In this document: piece by piece, positions 1 to 9,695 of the stretch
How the letters are laid out: the number at the start of each line of letters is the position of its first letter
Position numbering within the stretch: position 1 is the stretch's first letter
From: Clostridia bacterium
Lineage (GTDB): Bacteria; Bacillota; Clostridia; UBA1381
Length of the DNA stretch: 41,399 nucleotides
Assembly: GCA_017468095.1 (NCBI GenBank)
Contig: JAFUJN010000125.1
Span: forward strand, 1-41,399
Direction of reading: 5' to 3'
Position numbers and translations under genes: made by a program
Notes under the pieces: model-generated
The model's database searches: none
What the model was told of the DNA's origin: nothing
The model's input: only the letters and a program-made list of their open reading frames with translations

Positions 1-2
1 AA

Positions 3-821
3 GAAGAAGCTAAAAAGGCAGAGCTTTTAGAAAAGCAGAAGCAGGAAGAAGAAAAGGCTGCTCTTGCCCTTGCACAAAGGGAAGAAAAAGAGCGTCTTGA
101 GCTTGAGGCAAAGGCTGAAAAAGAAAAGCTTGAGCTTGAGGCAAAAGCTGAAAAAGAAAGACTTGAAGCTGAAAAACAAGCTGAAAAGGAAAAGCTTGAG
201 GCTGAAAAGAAGGCAGAAAAGGAAAGACTTGAGGCTGAAAAGTTGATAGCAAAGGCCGAAAAGGCAAAGGCAAAAGAAGAAAAGGAATCAGGAAGTGGCA
301 AAAAGACAGTGCTTATAGTGCTTGCTGTTATAGTAATTGCCGTAATCGCTTATGTGGTTTCTTTTGGAGTTGCTACACAGACTACCCAAACAAATGCTCC
401 GACAGAGCCACCGGTTGAAACTCAGGCACCAACGCCGGAGCCAACTCCTGAAATCACACCGGAACCAACTATCGAGCCTACACCAACACCAACACCGACT
501 CCGACACCTACTCCAACACCAAAGCCGACTGAAAAGCCGAGAAATATTACCGGAAATAAGATTTTATTCCCAAGTGATTCACAGTACATAACAGAAGCTG
601 ATATTGCCGGACTTTCAAAGTATGATGTTGACCTTATCAGAAACGAAATCTTTGCAAGAAAAGGATATGTTTTCACAAACAAGACTTATAAGAATTACTT
701 CGAGTCACAGGCTTGGTACACACCAAACCCTGCCGCAAACTACAATATGCAACTTAATGAATACGAACAGTATAATGCAAACTTCCTACGTGAATATCAG
801 GTTGCACAGGGCTGGAAATAA
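3..821 (+). CDS. YARHG-domain membrane protein, 5'-truncated by the window edge (KE-rich repeat region, one TM helix, Pro/Thr linker, C-terminal YARHG domain)
   Basis: The frame of the 243..821 ORF stays open back to nt 3 (EEAKKAELLEKQKQEEEKAALALAQREEKERLELEAKAEKEK...), so the TTG at 243 is an ORF-track artefact. TM segment VLIVLAVIVIAVIAYVVSFGVA. PTPTPTPTPTPTPTPKPT linker. IRNEIFARKGYVF..YF.SQAWYTP matches the YARHG domain signature from memory. Confidence 0.75.
   Translation, partial: EEAKKAELLEKQKQEEEKAALALAQREEKERLELEAKAEKEKLELEAKAEKERLEAEKQAEKEKLEAEKKAEKERLEAEKLIAKAEKAKAKEEKESGSGKKTVLIVLAVIVIAVIAYVVSFGVATQTTQTNAPTEPPVETQAPTPEPTPEITPEPTIEPTPTPTPTPTPTPTPKPTEKPRNITGNKILFPSDSQYITEADIAGLSKYDVDLIRNEIFARKGYVFTNKTYKNYFESQAWYTPNPAANYNMQLNEYEQYNANFLREYQVAQGWK
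96..242 (+). repeat. Tandem 33-bp (11-codon) repeat, about 4.5 copies, inside the YARHG-protein CDS
   Basis: Units start at 96, 129, 162, 195 and 228 (partial). They encode LELEAKAEKEK / LELEAKAEKER / LEAEKQAEKEK / LEAEKKAEKER / LEAEK. The first two units are near-identical at DNA level. Confidence 0.9.
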
Positions 822-825
822 TAAT

Positions 826-857
826 AAAAGACAGTGTAGAAATACACTGTCTTTTTT
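826..857. terminator. Bidirectional intrinsic terminator between convergent genes
   Basis: AAAAGACAGTGTA-GAAA-TACACTGTCTTTTTT. Perfect stem with an A-run on the 5' side and a T-run on the 3' side. It sits between the stop at 821 (+) and the stop at 856 (-). Confidence 0.75.
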
Positions 858-1965
858 AATACATCTTAGTTCCATGGGAGTGTCTGGTAACGGATAGGAC
901 AATTCCTATCGCCATCATATTGGTTAAAAGGGATGTTCCGCCATAGCTTATAAACGGAAGGGGAATTCCTGTTACCGGCATCAAGCCGATACACATGCCC
1001 ACATTTTCAAAAGTGTGGAATATAAGCATTGCCGCAATTCCAAGGCAAAGATATTTGCCGAATGAGTCGTTGGCTTCCTGAGATGCTTTTATGCATCTTG
1101 CAATTATTATAAATAAAAGCAAAATCACCAAAAGAGCACCGATGAATCCAAGCTCTTCTGAAATTACGCTGAAGATAAAGTCAGTATGCTTTGTTGGCAA
1201 GAACCCGAACTGGTTCTGTGTTCCTTTTAGGAAACCCTTACCAAAAAGCTGGCCCGAGCCAACTGCGATTTTTGACTGAATTACGTTGTATCCGCTACCT
1301 AATCTATCCATATCAGGGTTAAAGAACACCTGAATTCTGTGCTTCTGATAATCGCTTAAAAGGAAGAAATAAGCAAGTGGCACAAACGCCGCAAAGCCCA
1401 ATACTGCAGGGATTATATACTTAAATGAGATACCTGCCGCAAAGAGTACAACCACAAACATAAAGCAGAATACCATTGCACTTCCTGCGTCCGGCTGAAG
1501 CATTATAAGCCCCAAAAGTACGCCTACGTGAGCCAATAGCAAAACTATTGTTATGGGTCTGTCAAGCTGATGCTTTACCATTGACAGATGTTTTGCAAAT
1601 GTGATGGCAAAGCCGATTTTGCATATTTCCGACGGCTGAATACCTATCGGGCCGAAACGAATCCAGCTCCTTGCACCCCAGTTTCCCGTTGAGCCCACAA
1701 TCAAAACCGCAACCAAAAGGGCGATACATACCCCAAAAATCGGCAAGGCAACATGGCCGAAGATGTGATAATCAATTCTGCTTATTACCACCATCATTAC
1801 CGTACCTATTAAAAATGCACCAGTTTGTATGATTACATTGGAGTTGGTATTTAAAGAGCGTGTTGCGCTGTATATCATAAAGATACCAAAAACGGCCGTC
1901 ACAACACTTGCCCAAAACAGAAAGCTGTCATGGCCGTGTATCAGATTTTCTCCCTTTCGTCTCAT
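856..1965 (-). CDS. SEDS-family peptidoglycan glycosyltransferase (FtsW/RodA/SpoVE family)
   Basis: 369-aa polytopic membrane protein. The C-terminal motif ...GLMPVTGIPLPFISYGGTSLL... is typical of FtsW/RodA. AAGGAGAG Shine-Dalgarno lies before the ATG at 1965. Confidence 0.9.
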   Translation of the reverse strand: MRRKGENLIHGHDSFLFWASVVTAVFGIFMIYSATRSLNTNSNVIIQTGAFLIGTVMMVVISRIDYHIFGHVALPIFGVCIALLVAVLIVGSTGNWGARSWIRFGPIGIQPSEICKIGFAITFAKHLSMVKHQLDRPITIVLLLAHVGVLLGLIMLQPDAGSAMVFCFMFVVVLFAAGISFKYIIPAVLGFAAFVPLAYFFLLSDYQKHRIQVFFNPDMDRLGSGYNVIQSKIAVGSGQLFGKGFLKGTQNQFGFLPTKHTDFIFSVISEELGFIGALLVILLLFIIIARCIKASQEANDSFGKYLCLGIAAMLIFHTFENVGMCIGLMPVTGIPLPFISYGGTSLLTNMMAIGIVLSVTRHSHGTKMY

Positions 1966-2006
1966 TCTTTCTCTCCTTTTTAAAGGTAAATTTAACCTAC
2001 AAACTC

Positions 2007-2035
2007 ATTATACTATTATTTTGCCCTATTTTCAA
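2007..2035 (-). promoter_or_regulatory. Sigma-A type promoter for the SEDS gene
   Basis: Minus strand reads TTGAAA (2030-2035) - 17 nt - TATAAT (2007-2012), about 40 nt upstream of the ATG at 1965. Confidence 0.55.
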
Positions 2036-2213
2036 TTACAATTTCATAACATTTACATAAAACCCGCTCCTTTCGAAATACTACTAAAAAGGAGTATGTT
2101 ATGAAGCAAATATTTTTTTCCATAAAACTTTTGACCTATGGCGCATTTTGCGATATGTGTGCCGGATTTTGCACACATTTGGCAGAAAAGAACCTTGCCC
2201 GAAATAAATCGTT

Positions 2214-2250
2214 AAACAAAAAATTGCTCATTTTCATGAGCAATTTTTCC
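2214..2250 (-). terminator. Intrinsic terminator ending the gdpP...ftsH-DUF1858 gene string
   Basis: AATTGCTCAT-TTTC-ATGAGCAATT, a perfect 10-bp stem (2222-2245). On the minus strand it is followed by TTTTTTGTTT. Confidence 0.7.
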
Positions 2251-2338
2251 AGTTACAATCTCCAGCATTGGCAAGCCTTTGAGCAAAGGTTTTTAAAACA
2301 ATTTTTAAATAACCGCTCATTTTTGCCATAAGATTTTC

Positions 2339-2542
2339 TTATTTGTCTGCAAGATAGTTGTTGATGTCAGCTACAAGCTGGTCAACGTCTGCACCGTGAA
2401 CAGCGCAAGCCATCTCTAAAGTTTCCCCTGATGCTGATGGGCATCCAAGACAGTGCATTCCAACATTTAAAAGGAATTCTGCGCAGCCTGGGTCGATTGA
2501 TAGAACTTCTCTTATAATCATATCCTTAGTTACTTGTTTCAT
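2339..2542 (-). CDS. DUF1858 / hybrid-cluster-protein-associated redox disulfide family small protein
   Basis: 67 aa, [54 protein letters not shown]. The GMHCLGCP motif is typical. AAAGGAGA SD lies 8 nt before the ATG at 2542, which is inside the last 17 nt of ftsH. Confidence 0.8.
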   Translation of the reverse strand: MKQVTKDMIIREVLSIDPGCAEFLLNVGMHCLGCPSASGETLEMACAVHGADVDQLVADINNYLADK

Positions 2543-4343
2543 TTTGTATATCTCCTTTATTATAATATTTCAAAAACTCTGTTTCATCAAGCACTTCATG
2601 CTCGAGCAAAGCTTCTGCTACGTTTTTAAGTCTTTCTGCGTTATCAGAAAGCAGGTCTTTCGCCTTTTTGTACTGCTCTTTTATGAGCCTTTCAACTTCT
2701 TTGTCAATCAAGGTCGCGACGGTTTCAGAATACGCCTTTGAATGTCCGTAATCACGGCCTAAGAACACTTCTTCGTCCGTCTCATAACAAACAGGGCCAA
2801 CTTCGTCGCTCATTCCGTATTTTGCCACCATATCACGGGCAACCTGGGTTGCACGTTTTAAGTCGGATGATGCACCATTTGAAATATCGTCTAAAATCAA
2901 ATCTTCTGCGGCTCTTCCGCCAAGAAGCACAATGATTTCAGAAAGCATATCCTTTTTACCAGTAAACCAGATATCCTCGTTTGGAATGTGCATTGTATAT
3001 CCGCCTGCTCTGCCACGTGGTATTATTGAAACCTGACGGACAGTATTACGCTTTGATACCAATTTTGCAAGGACAGCGTGGCCTGCTTCGTGGTATGCTG
3101 TTAATTTCTTTTCTTCATCGGTTACTTTCTGGGATGCTTTTGCAGGACCCATCATAACCTTGATGTTTGCATCTTCAATATCCTTTTCGTCAATCTCGGC
3201 TTTTCCGCGACGTGCCGCAAAAATTGCCGCTTCGTTCATAACATTTTCAAGGTCAGCACCGGTATATCCCGCGGTCTGTTTTGCAATCTTTGAAAAGTCA
3301 ACTTCCTTTGAAACTTTCTTGCCACGGCTATGAACCTTAAGGATTTCTTCACGGCCCGAAAGGTCAGGTCTTCCAACAGTAATCTGCCTGTCAAATCGAC
3401 CAGGACGAAGTAGCGCAGGGTCTAAAATGTCCGGTCGGTTTGTTGCCGCCATTATGATAATGCCTTCGTTTTTGCCGAAGCCGTCCATTTCAACCAACAG
3501 CTGATTTAGCGTCTGCTCACGCTCATCGTGGCCACCACCCATTCCGGCACCACGGCGACGACCAACAGCGTCAATTTCGTCTATAAATATAATGCACGGT
3601 CTTGCCTTTTTTGCCTGTGCAAACATATCACGTACACGGGATGCGCCAACACCTACATAAAGTTCAACGAAGTCCGAGCCCGAAATTGAGAAGAACGGCA
3701 CACCCGCTTCGCCTGCAACTGCTCGAGCAAGCAGGGTTTTACCTGTTCCCGGAGGTCCTAAAAGAAGAACGCCCTTTGGGATTCTTGCACCAAGCTCAAT
3801 AAACTTCTTTGGATCTTTTAAAAATTCAACAAGCTCTGAAAGCTCTTCCTTTTCTTCCTTTGCGCCGGCAACATCGCTGAATGTAACCTTGCGGTTATCT
3901 TCAAGATTCAGCTTTGCCTGACTTTTGGTAAAGTTTCCGCCGCCTTTTGCTCCGCCTTGCTGGAAAATAAGGAAAAAGAACAGCACAAGCATAAGTATTG
4001 ACGAAATCGGCATCAGGTAATCTACCCAGGAAACGCGTTTTGGCGCAACCTGATAAATAAGTGCACCCGTTTCGCTCTGTGCCAAAATTTCTTCCCCAAC
4101 ATCGCCCTGAAGCACTTCCAGCGATGGAACTTCGCAGGAAAATTTCTCTCCGCCAACCGTAGCAACCGCCGTTGTTCCGTCTACATAAAGCTCGGTAACT
4201 TCGCCTTTTTTAATATGGTTTATAAGGGTTGAATACTCTGTTCGCTTCGGTGCATTTGCCGCGTCCAAAAATGTGGAAAACAGCATGGATGCAATTATGG
4301 CAATGAGTATCCACCTGAAAAAACCTATTCTTTTAGTTTGCAA
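2526..4343 (-). CDS. ftsH: ATP-dependent zinc metalloprotease FtsH
   Basis: N-terminal TM helices. Walker [12 protein letters not shown]+ second region of homology. HEAGH zinc motif. TTG start at 4343 is preceded by AAGGAGA at 7 nt. Confidence 0.97.
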   Translation of the reverse strand: MQTKRIGFFRWILIAIIASMLFSTFLDAANAPKRTEYSTLINHIKKGEVTELYVDGTTAVATVGGEKFSCEVPSLEVLQGDVGEEILAQSETGALIYQVAPKRVSWVDYLMPISSILMLVLFFFLIFQQGGAKGGGNFTKSQAKLNLEDNRKVTFSDVAGAKEEKEELSELVEFLKDPKKFIELGARIPKGVLLLGPPGTGKTLLARAVAGEAGVPFFSISGSDFVELYVGVGASRVRDMFAQAKKARPCIIFIDEIDAVGRRRGAGMGGGHDEREQTLNQLLVEMDGFGKNEGIIIMAATNRPDILDPALLRPGRFDRQITVGRPDLSGREEILKVHSRGKKVSKEVDFSKIAKQTAGYTGADLENVMNEAAIFAARRGKAEIDEKDIEDANIKVMMGPAKASQKVTDEEKKLTAYHEAGHAVLAKLVSKRNTVRQVSIIPRGRAGGYTMHIPNEDIWFTGKKDMLSEIIVLLGGRAAEDLILDDISNGASSDLKRATQVARDMVAKYGMSDEVGPVCYETDEEVFLGRDYGHSKAYSETVATLIDKEVERLIKEQYKKAKDLLSDNAERLKNVAEALLEHEVLDETEFLKYYNKGDIQNETSN

Positions 4344-4345
4344 TT

Positions 4346-5641
4346 TTAGGTCTCCTTTATTTCTATTTTATATCCCGTTTTTTTGGTTTCCTGAAATTCT
4401 TTTGAAAACCGCATATCGCCAACGGCAATAATCTTTCCATCAGCCAAAACAATCGGGATTTCATTTCTCTTTTCATTTGGGATTTTCTTATCGGTGAAAA
4501 AGTCGGACAGCTTCTTTTTCCCTGTCATTTTTGTCGGGTAAAAAACATCACCCGCCATTTTGTTTCTCACAGTAAGGCGTGTATTTTCATCAAGGTAAAA
4601 GTCCGCCTTTTTATCCGCTTTCTTTATCTGTAAAGTTTTCCCAATTTCTAAAATGTTTAATACTTCTTCCGGATAAATTTCATAAAAAAACTCTGTTTTT
4701 TCTGTTTTTTTGGTAATTTCCAGCTTTCCGTATTCCACTTTCACGCAAAATCCGCCTGGTAAGTCTATACTTTTTCCTGTCTGATTTTTGGAAAGCTCTA
4801 AAATATCGTCAATATAATCTACGCCAAGATTCTGGCAGGAATTGGTGCTTTCTTTCCAGAAAAGCTCCAGAACACGCCTTTTTATTGGAAGTGGCATAGC
4901 ATTTAAGTCGGAAATTTTTACATCCCCCGAAAACTTTTCTTTTGCAAGGTTATCCAAAAACTCTGCATCTTCGCCTATCAAGGTGGCGTTCTTTGTCACC
5001 ACATCAACAAAGCGTGGATTAAAGTCCTTTTCAATTTTCGGTATCAGGTCTAGGCGCACCTTATTTCGTGAATAAATGGTCTCAAAATTTGTTTCATCGG
5101 TTACAAAATCATAGTCATTTTTTTCGCAAAACTCCAGAATATCCGCCTTTTTTATATCAAGCATAGGCCTTACTATATTGCCACGAACATAGGGAATCCC
5201 CGAAAGCCCCGATGTTGATGCACCGCGCATAAAGTTGAAAACCAAAGTTTCCGCCACATCGTTTTTATTATGGGCTGTTGCGATTTTATCGTAGCCCAAG
5301 CTCTCAAAAAACTCATAGCGGATATTTCTTGCGTAAAGCTCTTCGCTCATTCCCGCATTTTTTGCGCCTGTTTTAATATCTACAGTTTTACAGAAAAACG
5401 CTGCGCCCAGCTTTTCGCACAAATCTTTGCAGAAATTCATATCCCTGTCCGCAGTTCCGCGAAGCTGATGGTTTATATGACAGCAGGCAATCTCAAGGTC
5501 ATATTTCTCCTTTAGTGAAAGAAGAACATACAAAAGTGCCGTAGAATCTGCACCGCCGGACAGGCCCACAAGAACTCTGTCGCCCACATTTAGCATATTA
5601 TGGTCTTTTACAGTTTTCTCGGCAATTTTCAAAATATCCAT
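4346..5641 (-). CDS. tilS: tRNA(Ile)-lysidine synthase
   Basis: PP-loop SGGADS near the N-terminus. 431 aa with a TilS C-terminal domain. The start overlaps the dnaB stop (TAATG). Confidence 0.93.
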   Translation of the reverse strand: MDILKIAEKTVKDHNMLNVGDRVLVGLSGGADSTALLYVLLSLKEKYDLEIACCHINHQLRGTADRDMNFCKDLCEKLGAAFFCKTVDIKTGAKNAGMSEELYARNIRYEFFESLGYDKIATAHNKNDVAETLVFNFMRGASTSGLSGIPYVRGNIVRPMLDIKKADILEFCEKNDYDFVTDETNFETIYSRNKVRLDLIPKIEKDFNPRFVDVVTKNATLIGEDAEFLDNLAKEKFSGDVKISDLNAMPLPIKRRVLELFWKESTNSCQNLGVDYIDDILELSKNQTGKSIDLPGGFCVKVEYGKLEITKKTEKTEFFYEIYPEEVLNILEIGKTLQIKKADKKADFYLDENTRLTVRNKMAGDVFYPTKMTGKKKLSDFFTDKKIPNEKRNEIPIVLADGKIIAVGDMRFSKEFQETKKTGYKIEIKET

Positions 5642-6993
5642 TACTGCTCTTCCTTTGCGCGATAATCAATATTTATAAACTTTGTATATTTACCCTGCCA
5701 GCCAAGTTTAAACATACCTGTTTCGCCGGCTCTGTGCTTGGCGATTATCACTTCTGCCATATTTTTATCTTCGCTGTCAGGATTATAATACTCGTCACGA
5801 TACAAAAACATTACAATATCTGCGTCCTGCTCGATAGAACCAGATTCACGGATATCCGCAAGCATAGGGCGCTTATCCTGTCTTCCTTCAACAGCACGGG
5901 AAAGCTGTGAAAGTGCGATTACAGGCACTTCAAGCTCCTTTGCCATAACCTTTAGGGAACGTGAAATTTCAGAAATTTCCTGCTGTCTTGAATCGGTTCT
6001 GCCTGAACCCTGCATAAGCTGTAGGTAGTCGATTACAACCATAGCAAGACCCTTTGTCTTTTTTAGTCTATGGCATTTTGCTCTTATTTCAGAAACTGTA
6101 ACGGTTGAAGAATCGTCTATATAAAGCGGTGAAGCCGCAATCTTGTCAAGACGTTTTCCAAGTCTTGCCCAGTCTTCACCCTCAAATTTTCCTGTTAAAA
6201 TTTTGCTTGAGTCAATTAGTGCCTGTGAACAGAAAATACGCTTCAAAATTGCCTCTTTCGGCATTTCAAGGTTAAAGATTGCAACGGTTTTTCCGCTGTC
6301 TATTGCTACGTGCTCTGCAATATTAACTGCAAAACTTGACTTACCCATACCAGGACGGCCTGCAATAAGAATAAACTCACCGCCGTGGAAACCACCGCAT
6401 CGTCTGTTAAGCTCGTCAAAGCCTGTTGAAAGACCTGTCAGCTTGTTTGGGTTTTCTGCGTTTTCTACCATATTCTGATAGGTTTCCATCGCAATTTCAA
6501 CAACAGGCACAATATCGCTTTTTTCTCTGCCTTCTGCGATATCGTAAATCATTTGCTCAGCTCGTTCTAAAACTCTGTCCGTTTCGCCTTCCTGACTTAC
6601 TGCCAAATGATTGATTGCAGTTGCGGCAGTTGAAAGCTTCCTTAAAACCGACTTTTCAAGGATTATATTTGCATAGTGAGAAACGTGTTCTGTGGTGGAA
6701 ATACTTGTACTAACCGATGCAAGATACGGAATTCCGCCAACGCTGTCAAGCTTGTCCTTCCTGGTCAAGCGGTCGCTTACCGTAACAATATCAACCGGCG
6801 TATTTTCATTAAAAAGCTCAACACAAGCCGAAAAAATCTCACGGTTTGCGTCAAAATAAAAGTCTTCTGCACGTATAAGCTCACATGCGGCAGCCAAGGC
6901 TTTGCTATCCTGCAAAACGCAGCCGATTACCGCTTTTTCAGCTTCCAGGCTGTGCGGTAATTCAAATTCCTGCATATTCATAACATCTGCCAT
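5641..6993 (-). CDS. dnaB: Replicative DNA helicase (DnaB family; called DnaC in Bacillus)
   Basis: 450 aa. N-terminal LPHSLEAEKAVIG. Walker A GRPGMGKS. Position directly after rplI as in other Firmicutes. Confidence 0.97.
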   Translation of the reverse strand: MADVMNMQEFELPHSLEAEKAVIGCVLQDSKALAAACELIRAEDFYFDANREIFSACVELFNENTPVDIVTVSDRLTRKDKLDSVGGIPYLASVSTSISTTEHVSHYANIILEKSVLRKLSTAATAINHLAVSQEGETDRVLERAEQMIYDIAEGREKSDIVPVVEIAMETYQNMVENAENPNKLTGLSTGFDELNRRCGGFHGGEFILIAGRPGMGKSSFAVNIAEHVAIDSGKTVAIFNLEMPKEAILKRIFCSQALIDSSKILTGKFEGEDWARLGKRLDKIAASPLYIDDSSTVTVSEIRAKCHRLKKTKGLAMVVIDYLQLMQGSGRTDSRQQEISEISRSLKVMAKELEVPVIALSQLSRAVEGRQDKRPMLADIRESGSIEQDADIVMFLYRDEYYNPDSEDKNMAEVIIAKHRAGETGMFKLGWQGKYTKFINIDYRAKEEQ

Positions 6994-7024
6994 TTGAACC
7001 TACTCCCTCCGATTTTTTGGGGTC

Positions 7025-7471
7025 TTACTGACCTTTTACGGTAACCTTTAATTTGCCTGTTACTCCCTGATGGATTTTAACGTCAACTGTTGTTGTGCCA
7101 AGCATCTTTATGCCGTCCGGCAAAACGAATTTCTTTTTATCAAGCTTGATGTGGTGTTGCATTGTTAGTGCTTCTGCCACGTCCTTTGATGTGATTGAAC
7201 CGAAAAGCTTGCCGTTTTCACCGGCTTTAGCTGTAAGAACTACTTCAACTTCTTCCATTTTAGCCTTTGTAGCCTGTGCTTCTTCCAATGCTACCTGCTG
7301 GTGATAAGCTTCCGCGTTATTCTTACCGTTCATTATATTTATATTTGTGTTGGTTGCTTCTTTTGCAAGACCCTTTGGCAATAGGAAGTTTCTTGCGTAT
7401 CCGTCAGAAACCTCTACAAGCTGGCCTTTCTTGCCTTTTCCTTTTACATCCTGATTTAAAATAACCTTCAT
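7025..7471 (-). CDS. rplI: 50S ribosomal protein L9
   Basis: 148 aa, [36 protein letters not shown], the canonical L9 N-terminus. Confidence 0.97.
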   Translation of the reverse strand: MKVILNQDVKGKGKKGQLVEVSDGYARNFLLPKGLAKEATNTNINIMNGKNNAEAYHQQVALEEAQATKAKMEEVEVVLTAKAGENGKLFGSITSKDVAEALTMQHHIKLDKKKFVLPDGIKMLGTTTVDVKIHQGVTGKLKVTVKGQ

Positions 7472-7492
7472 TTTTATTTGCCTTCTTTCTGG

Positions 7493-9496
7493 TTAGTTCT
7501 TTTCATTTTCTTCTAAATATTCCTGTATAGCGTTTTCAAGCTGTTCCAAAACCGCTTCTGTATCACGGCTTGCAACCTGTGCACCTGCAACAGTTGCGTG
7601 ACCGCCGCCGCCCAATTTTTCAACAATAACCTGAACGTTTATAGTTCCCAATGATCTTGCGGAGATATATGTCTCGTCGTCCATAGGGTATATTACAAAC
7701 GCTGCCTGTATTCCTGCCAAGTTCAGCATTTCATCTGCCGCCTGTGATGATATAACCTTCATATCAGGGTATGCTTCTTCGCAAACTGAAACAAGCATCT
7801 TATCTGCCACGCAGGCAGAGTTTTTAATTATTTCTGCTCTGTTAACATAGGCATCCTTATCCATATTGAACAGCTTTCTGACTTCCTGAGTGTTAAGTCC
7901 GTATCGTCTTAAATATGATGCCGCTTCAAAGGTTCTAACGCCTGTTTTCACGCTGAAGTTCTTGGTATCCATCAAAATACCTGTGTAAAGTGCCTTTGAT
8001 TCAAACGGTGTAATCTTCTTGTCATTATCAATATACTGTAAAATTTCTGTTGCCATTTCGCAGGTTGATGATGCATACGGCTCGTGATAAACCAAGGACA
8101 CATTAGAAATAAAGTCTGTGCTTCTTCTGTGATGGTCGATAACAACAACCTTTGTGGTCTTTTCCAAAAGGTCGCTATCAGGAAGCATTGATGGTCTGTG
8201 AGTATCCATAACCACCAAAAGTGTGTTCATTGTTATAATATCTCTTGCAATTTCAGGGGATATGAGCATTCCGCGATATTCTTCGATAGCAGTAACTTCT
8301 TCCGCCATTTTTGAAATAGCAGGTGATGAATCAACTACAATATACGGCTCTTTTCCCAAGGTACGTACAGCTCTTTGAAGACCAAGGGCTGCTCCGAATG
8401 CGTCATAGTCAAGACTCTGATGACCCATAAATATAACCTTATCAGAATTTGCGATAAAGTCCTTTAGTGCTTCTGCGAATGAACGGGTTTTAACACGTGT
8501 GCTTCGCTCATAATCCTTAGCAATACCGCCATAGAAGTTATACTGGCTGGCATCTTTAATAGCTGCCTGGTCACCACCGCGGCCAAGTGCCATATCAAGT
8601 GCCGCTCTTGCATAAGCGTCATTTTCGTGGATATTTCCCGATGCGCCCACACCGATGCTGACACTAATCGGCATTTTAAGCTCTTCGCCCAAAGCTCGAA
8701 CTTCTTCTAAAAGGCTGAACTTTTTATTGATATAATCTTTCAAATACTGATGCTCAAAGAAAACAAGGTATCTGTCGCGTTCTGCTTTCTTCATAACGCC
8801 CTTGCTTTCCTGTGCCCATTCGCTGATGTACTTGTGCAGTTTAGAAAGTGCCTGTTGACTTTCGGAATCGTCAAGCTTCTGGAAAACTTCGTCATAGTTA
8901 TCGATATTCACAATGGCAATATCGGTTTTCTCGTTTTAATAGAGTTTTCTAAGAGTTTCAACTTCGGTTTTGTCGATAAATTATAACAAAAAGGTGAAAT
9001 CCGGATGGTCTTCGGTTGACGCAGGAGTTTTGATAATATCCCCAACCACGTTATAGTGGTGACCCTTGTAGTTTGCAAAGGTGTAAATTCCGTTGGTGGA
9101 CTTTAGGATTTCGGACCACTTTAATTCCGGCATAACATCGCCAATAACAATGTTATAAAGGTCATTTGACCCAAGCATTTCGGCAAAAAGGTCATTATAC
9201 CAGCTAATCTGCCCGTTAATCTGCAAAACCGCCATAGGAAGCGGGAATTTGCTGATAGCATCGCTTGACATACCTGCACTCTGGGCAGTTATCATCTTTA
9301 CATATTCGCCAAAGCTTTTCTTGTTCTTCTTTTCAAAAACTCCGCCGCCCACTAAAAGTAGCACAGCGAACACGAAAAGTATCCCTGCAGTTTTGTACTC
9401 TTTTTCATATATGCTGAATGCGCCGCATAGTGCCAGAATTAAAACTGAAACACCAAGTATAACGGCATTGTTACCGCTTTTATAACGCTTTTTCAT
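7493..9496 (-). pseudogene. gdpP: GdpP-type c-di-AMP phosphodiesterase (2 TM + PAS-like + degenerate GGDEF + DHH/DHHA1) interrupted by two in-frame TAA codons
   Basis: ORFs 8981..9496 (TM-TM-PAS-like) and 7493..8911 (GGDEF-like, DHH motif VIDHH, GGGH motif) are in the same frame. TAA codons lie at 8981-8983 and 8936-8938. The read-through translation is ...DFTFLL*FIDKTEVETLRKLY*NEKTDIAIVNIDNYDEV.... The position upstream of rplI-dnaB is the classic yybT/gdpP location. Confidence 0.8.
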
Positions 9497-9551
9497 AACT
9501 TCTCCTTTAATGTCTCTTTCATAAAAATAGCTAGACTACACTTATTTTACC

Positions 9552-9580
9552 ATTTTACCATATATATAAGAAATAGTCAA
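9552..9580 (-). promoter_or_regulatory. Sigma-A type promoter (extended -10) for gdpP-rplI-dnaB...
   Basis: Minus strand reads TTGACT (9575-9580) - 17 nt ending in TGg - TAAAAT (9552-9557). Confidence 0.55.
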
Positions 9581-9594
9581 GTATTCAAAAAGTG

Positions 9595-9623
9595 TTGTAA
9601 TTTCTGCTGAAATATGATAAAAT
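9595..9623 (+). promoter_or_regulatory. Sigma-A type promoter (extended -10) for the SGNH hydrolase gene
   Basis: TTGTAA (9595-9600) - 17 nt ending in TGa - TAAAAT (9618-9623). This places the TSS near 9630, downstream of the GTG at 9627 used by the ORF track. Confidence 0.5.
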
Positions 9624-9695
9624 ACTGTGTGGAATGTTGTTTTACAAAGGAAAATATGCTACAATAAATTTGAATTCACAAAGGGAGCATTAACT

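Noticed and set aside
10-273. ORFs 10..273 (-) and 64..246 (+)
   Set aside because: They are artefacts of the 33-bp tandem repeat. The real frame is the one continuing into the YARHG protein.
2101-2331. 76-aa plus-strand ORF with an AGGAG 6 nt upstream of its ATG
   Set aside because: It runs straight through two terminator-like hairpins (2218-2250 and 2273-2296). It has no convincing plus-strand promoter and a low-complexity sequence. The AGGAG is more likely fortuitous. The region is better explained as the terminator of the ftsH string plus the SEDS-gene promoter.
8936-8983. Stop-codon reassignment or programmed recoding as the explanation for the two in-frame TAA codons in gdpP
   Set aside because: TAA is used as the ordinary terminator of many genes in this window (for example tilS, dnaB, efp, uppS and the sugar kinase). 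No other gene shows internal TAA codons. I see no recoding signal. Nonsense mutation or sequence error is the simpler reading.
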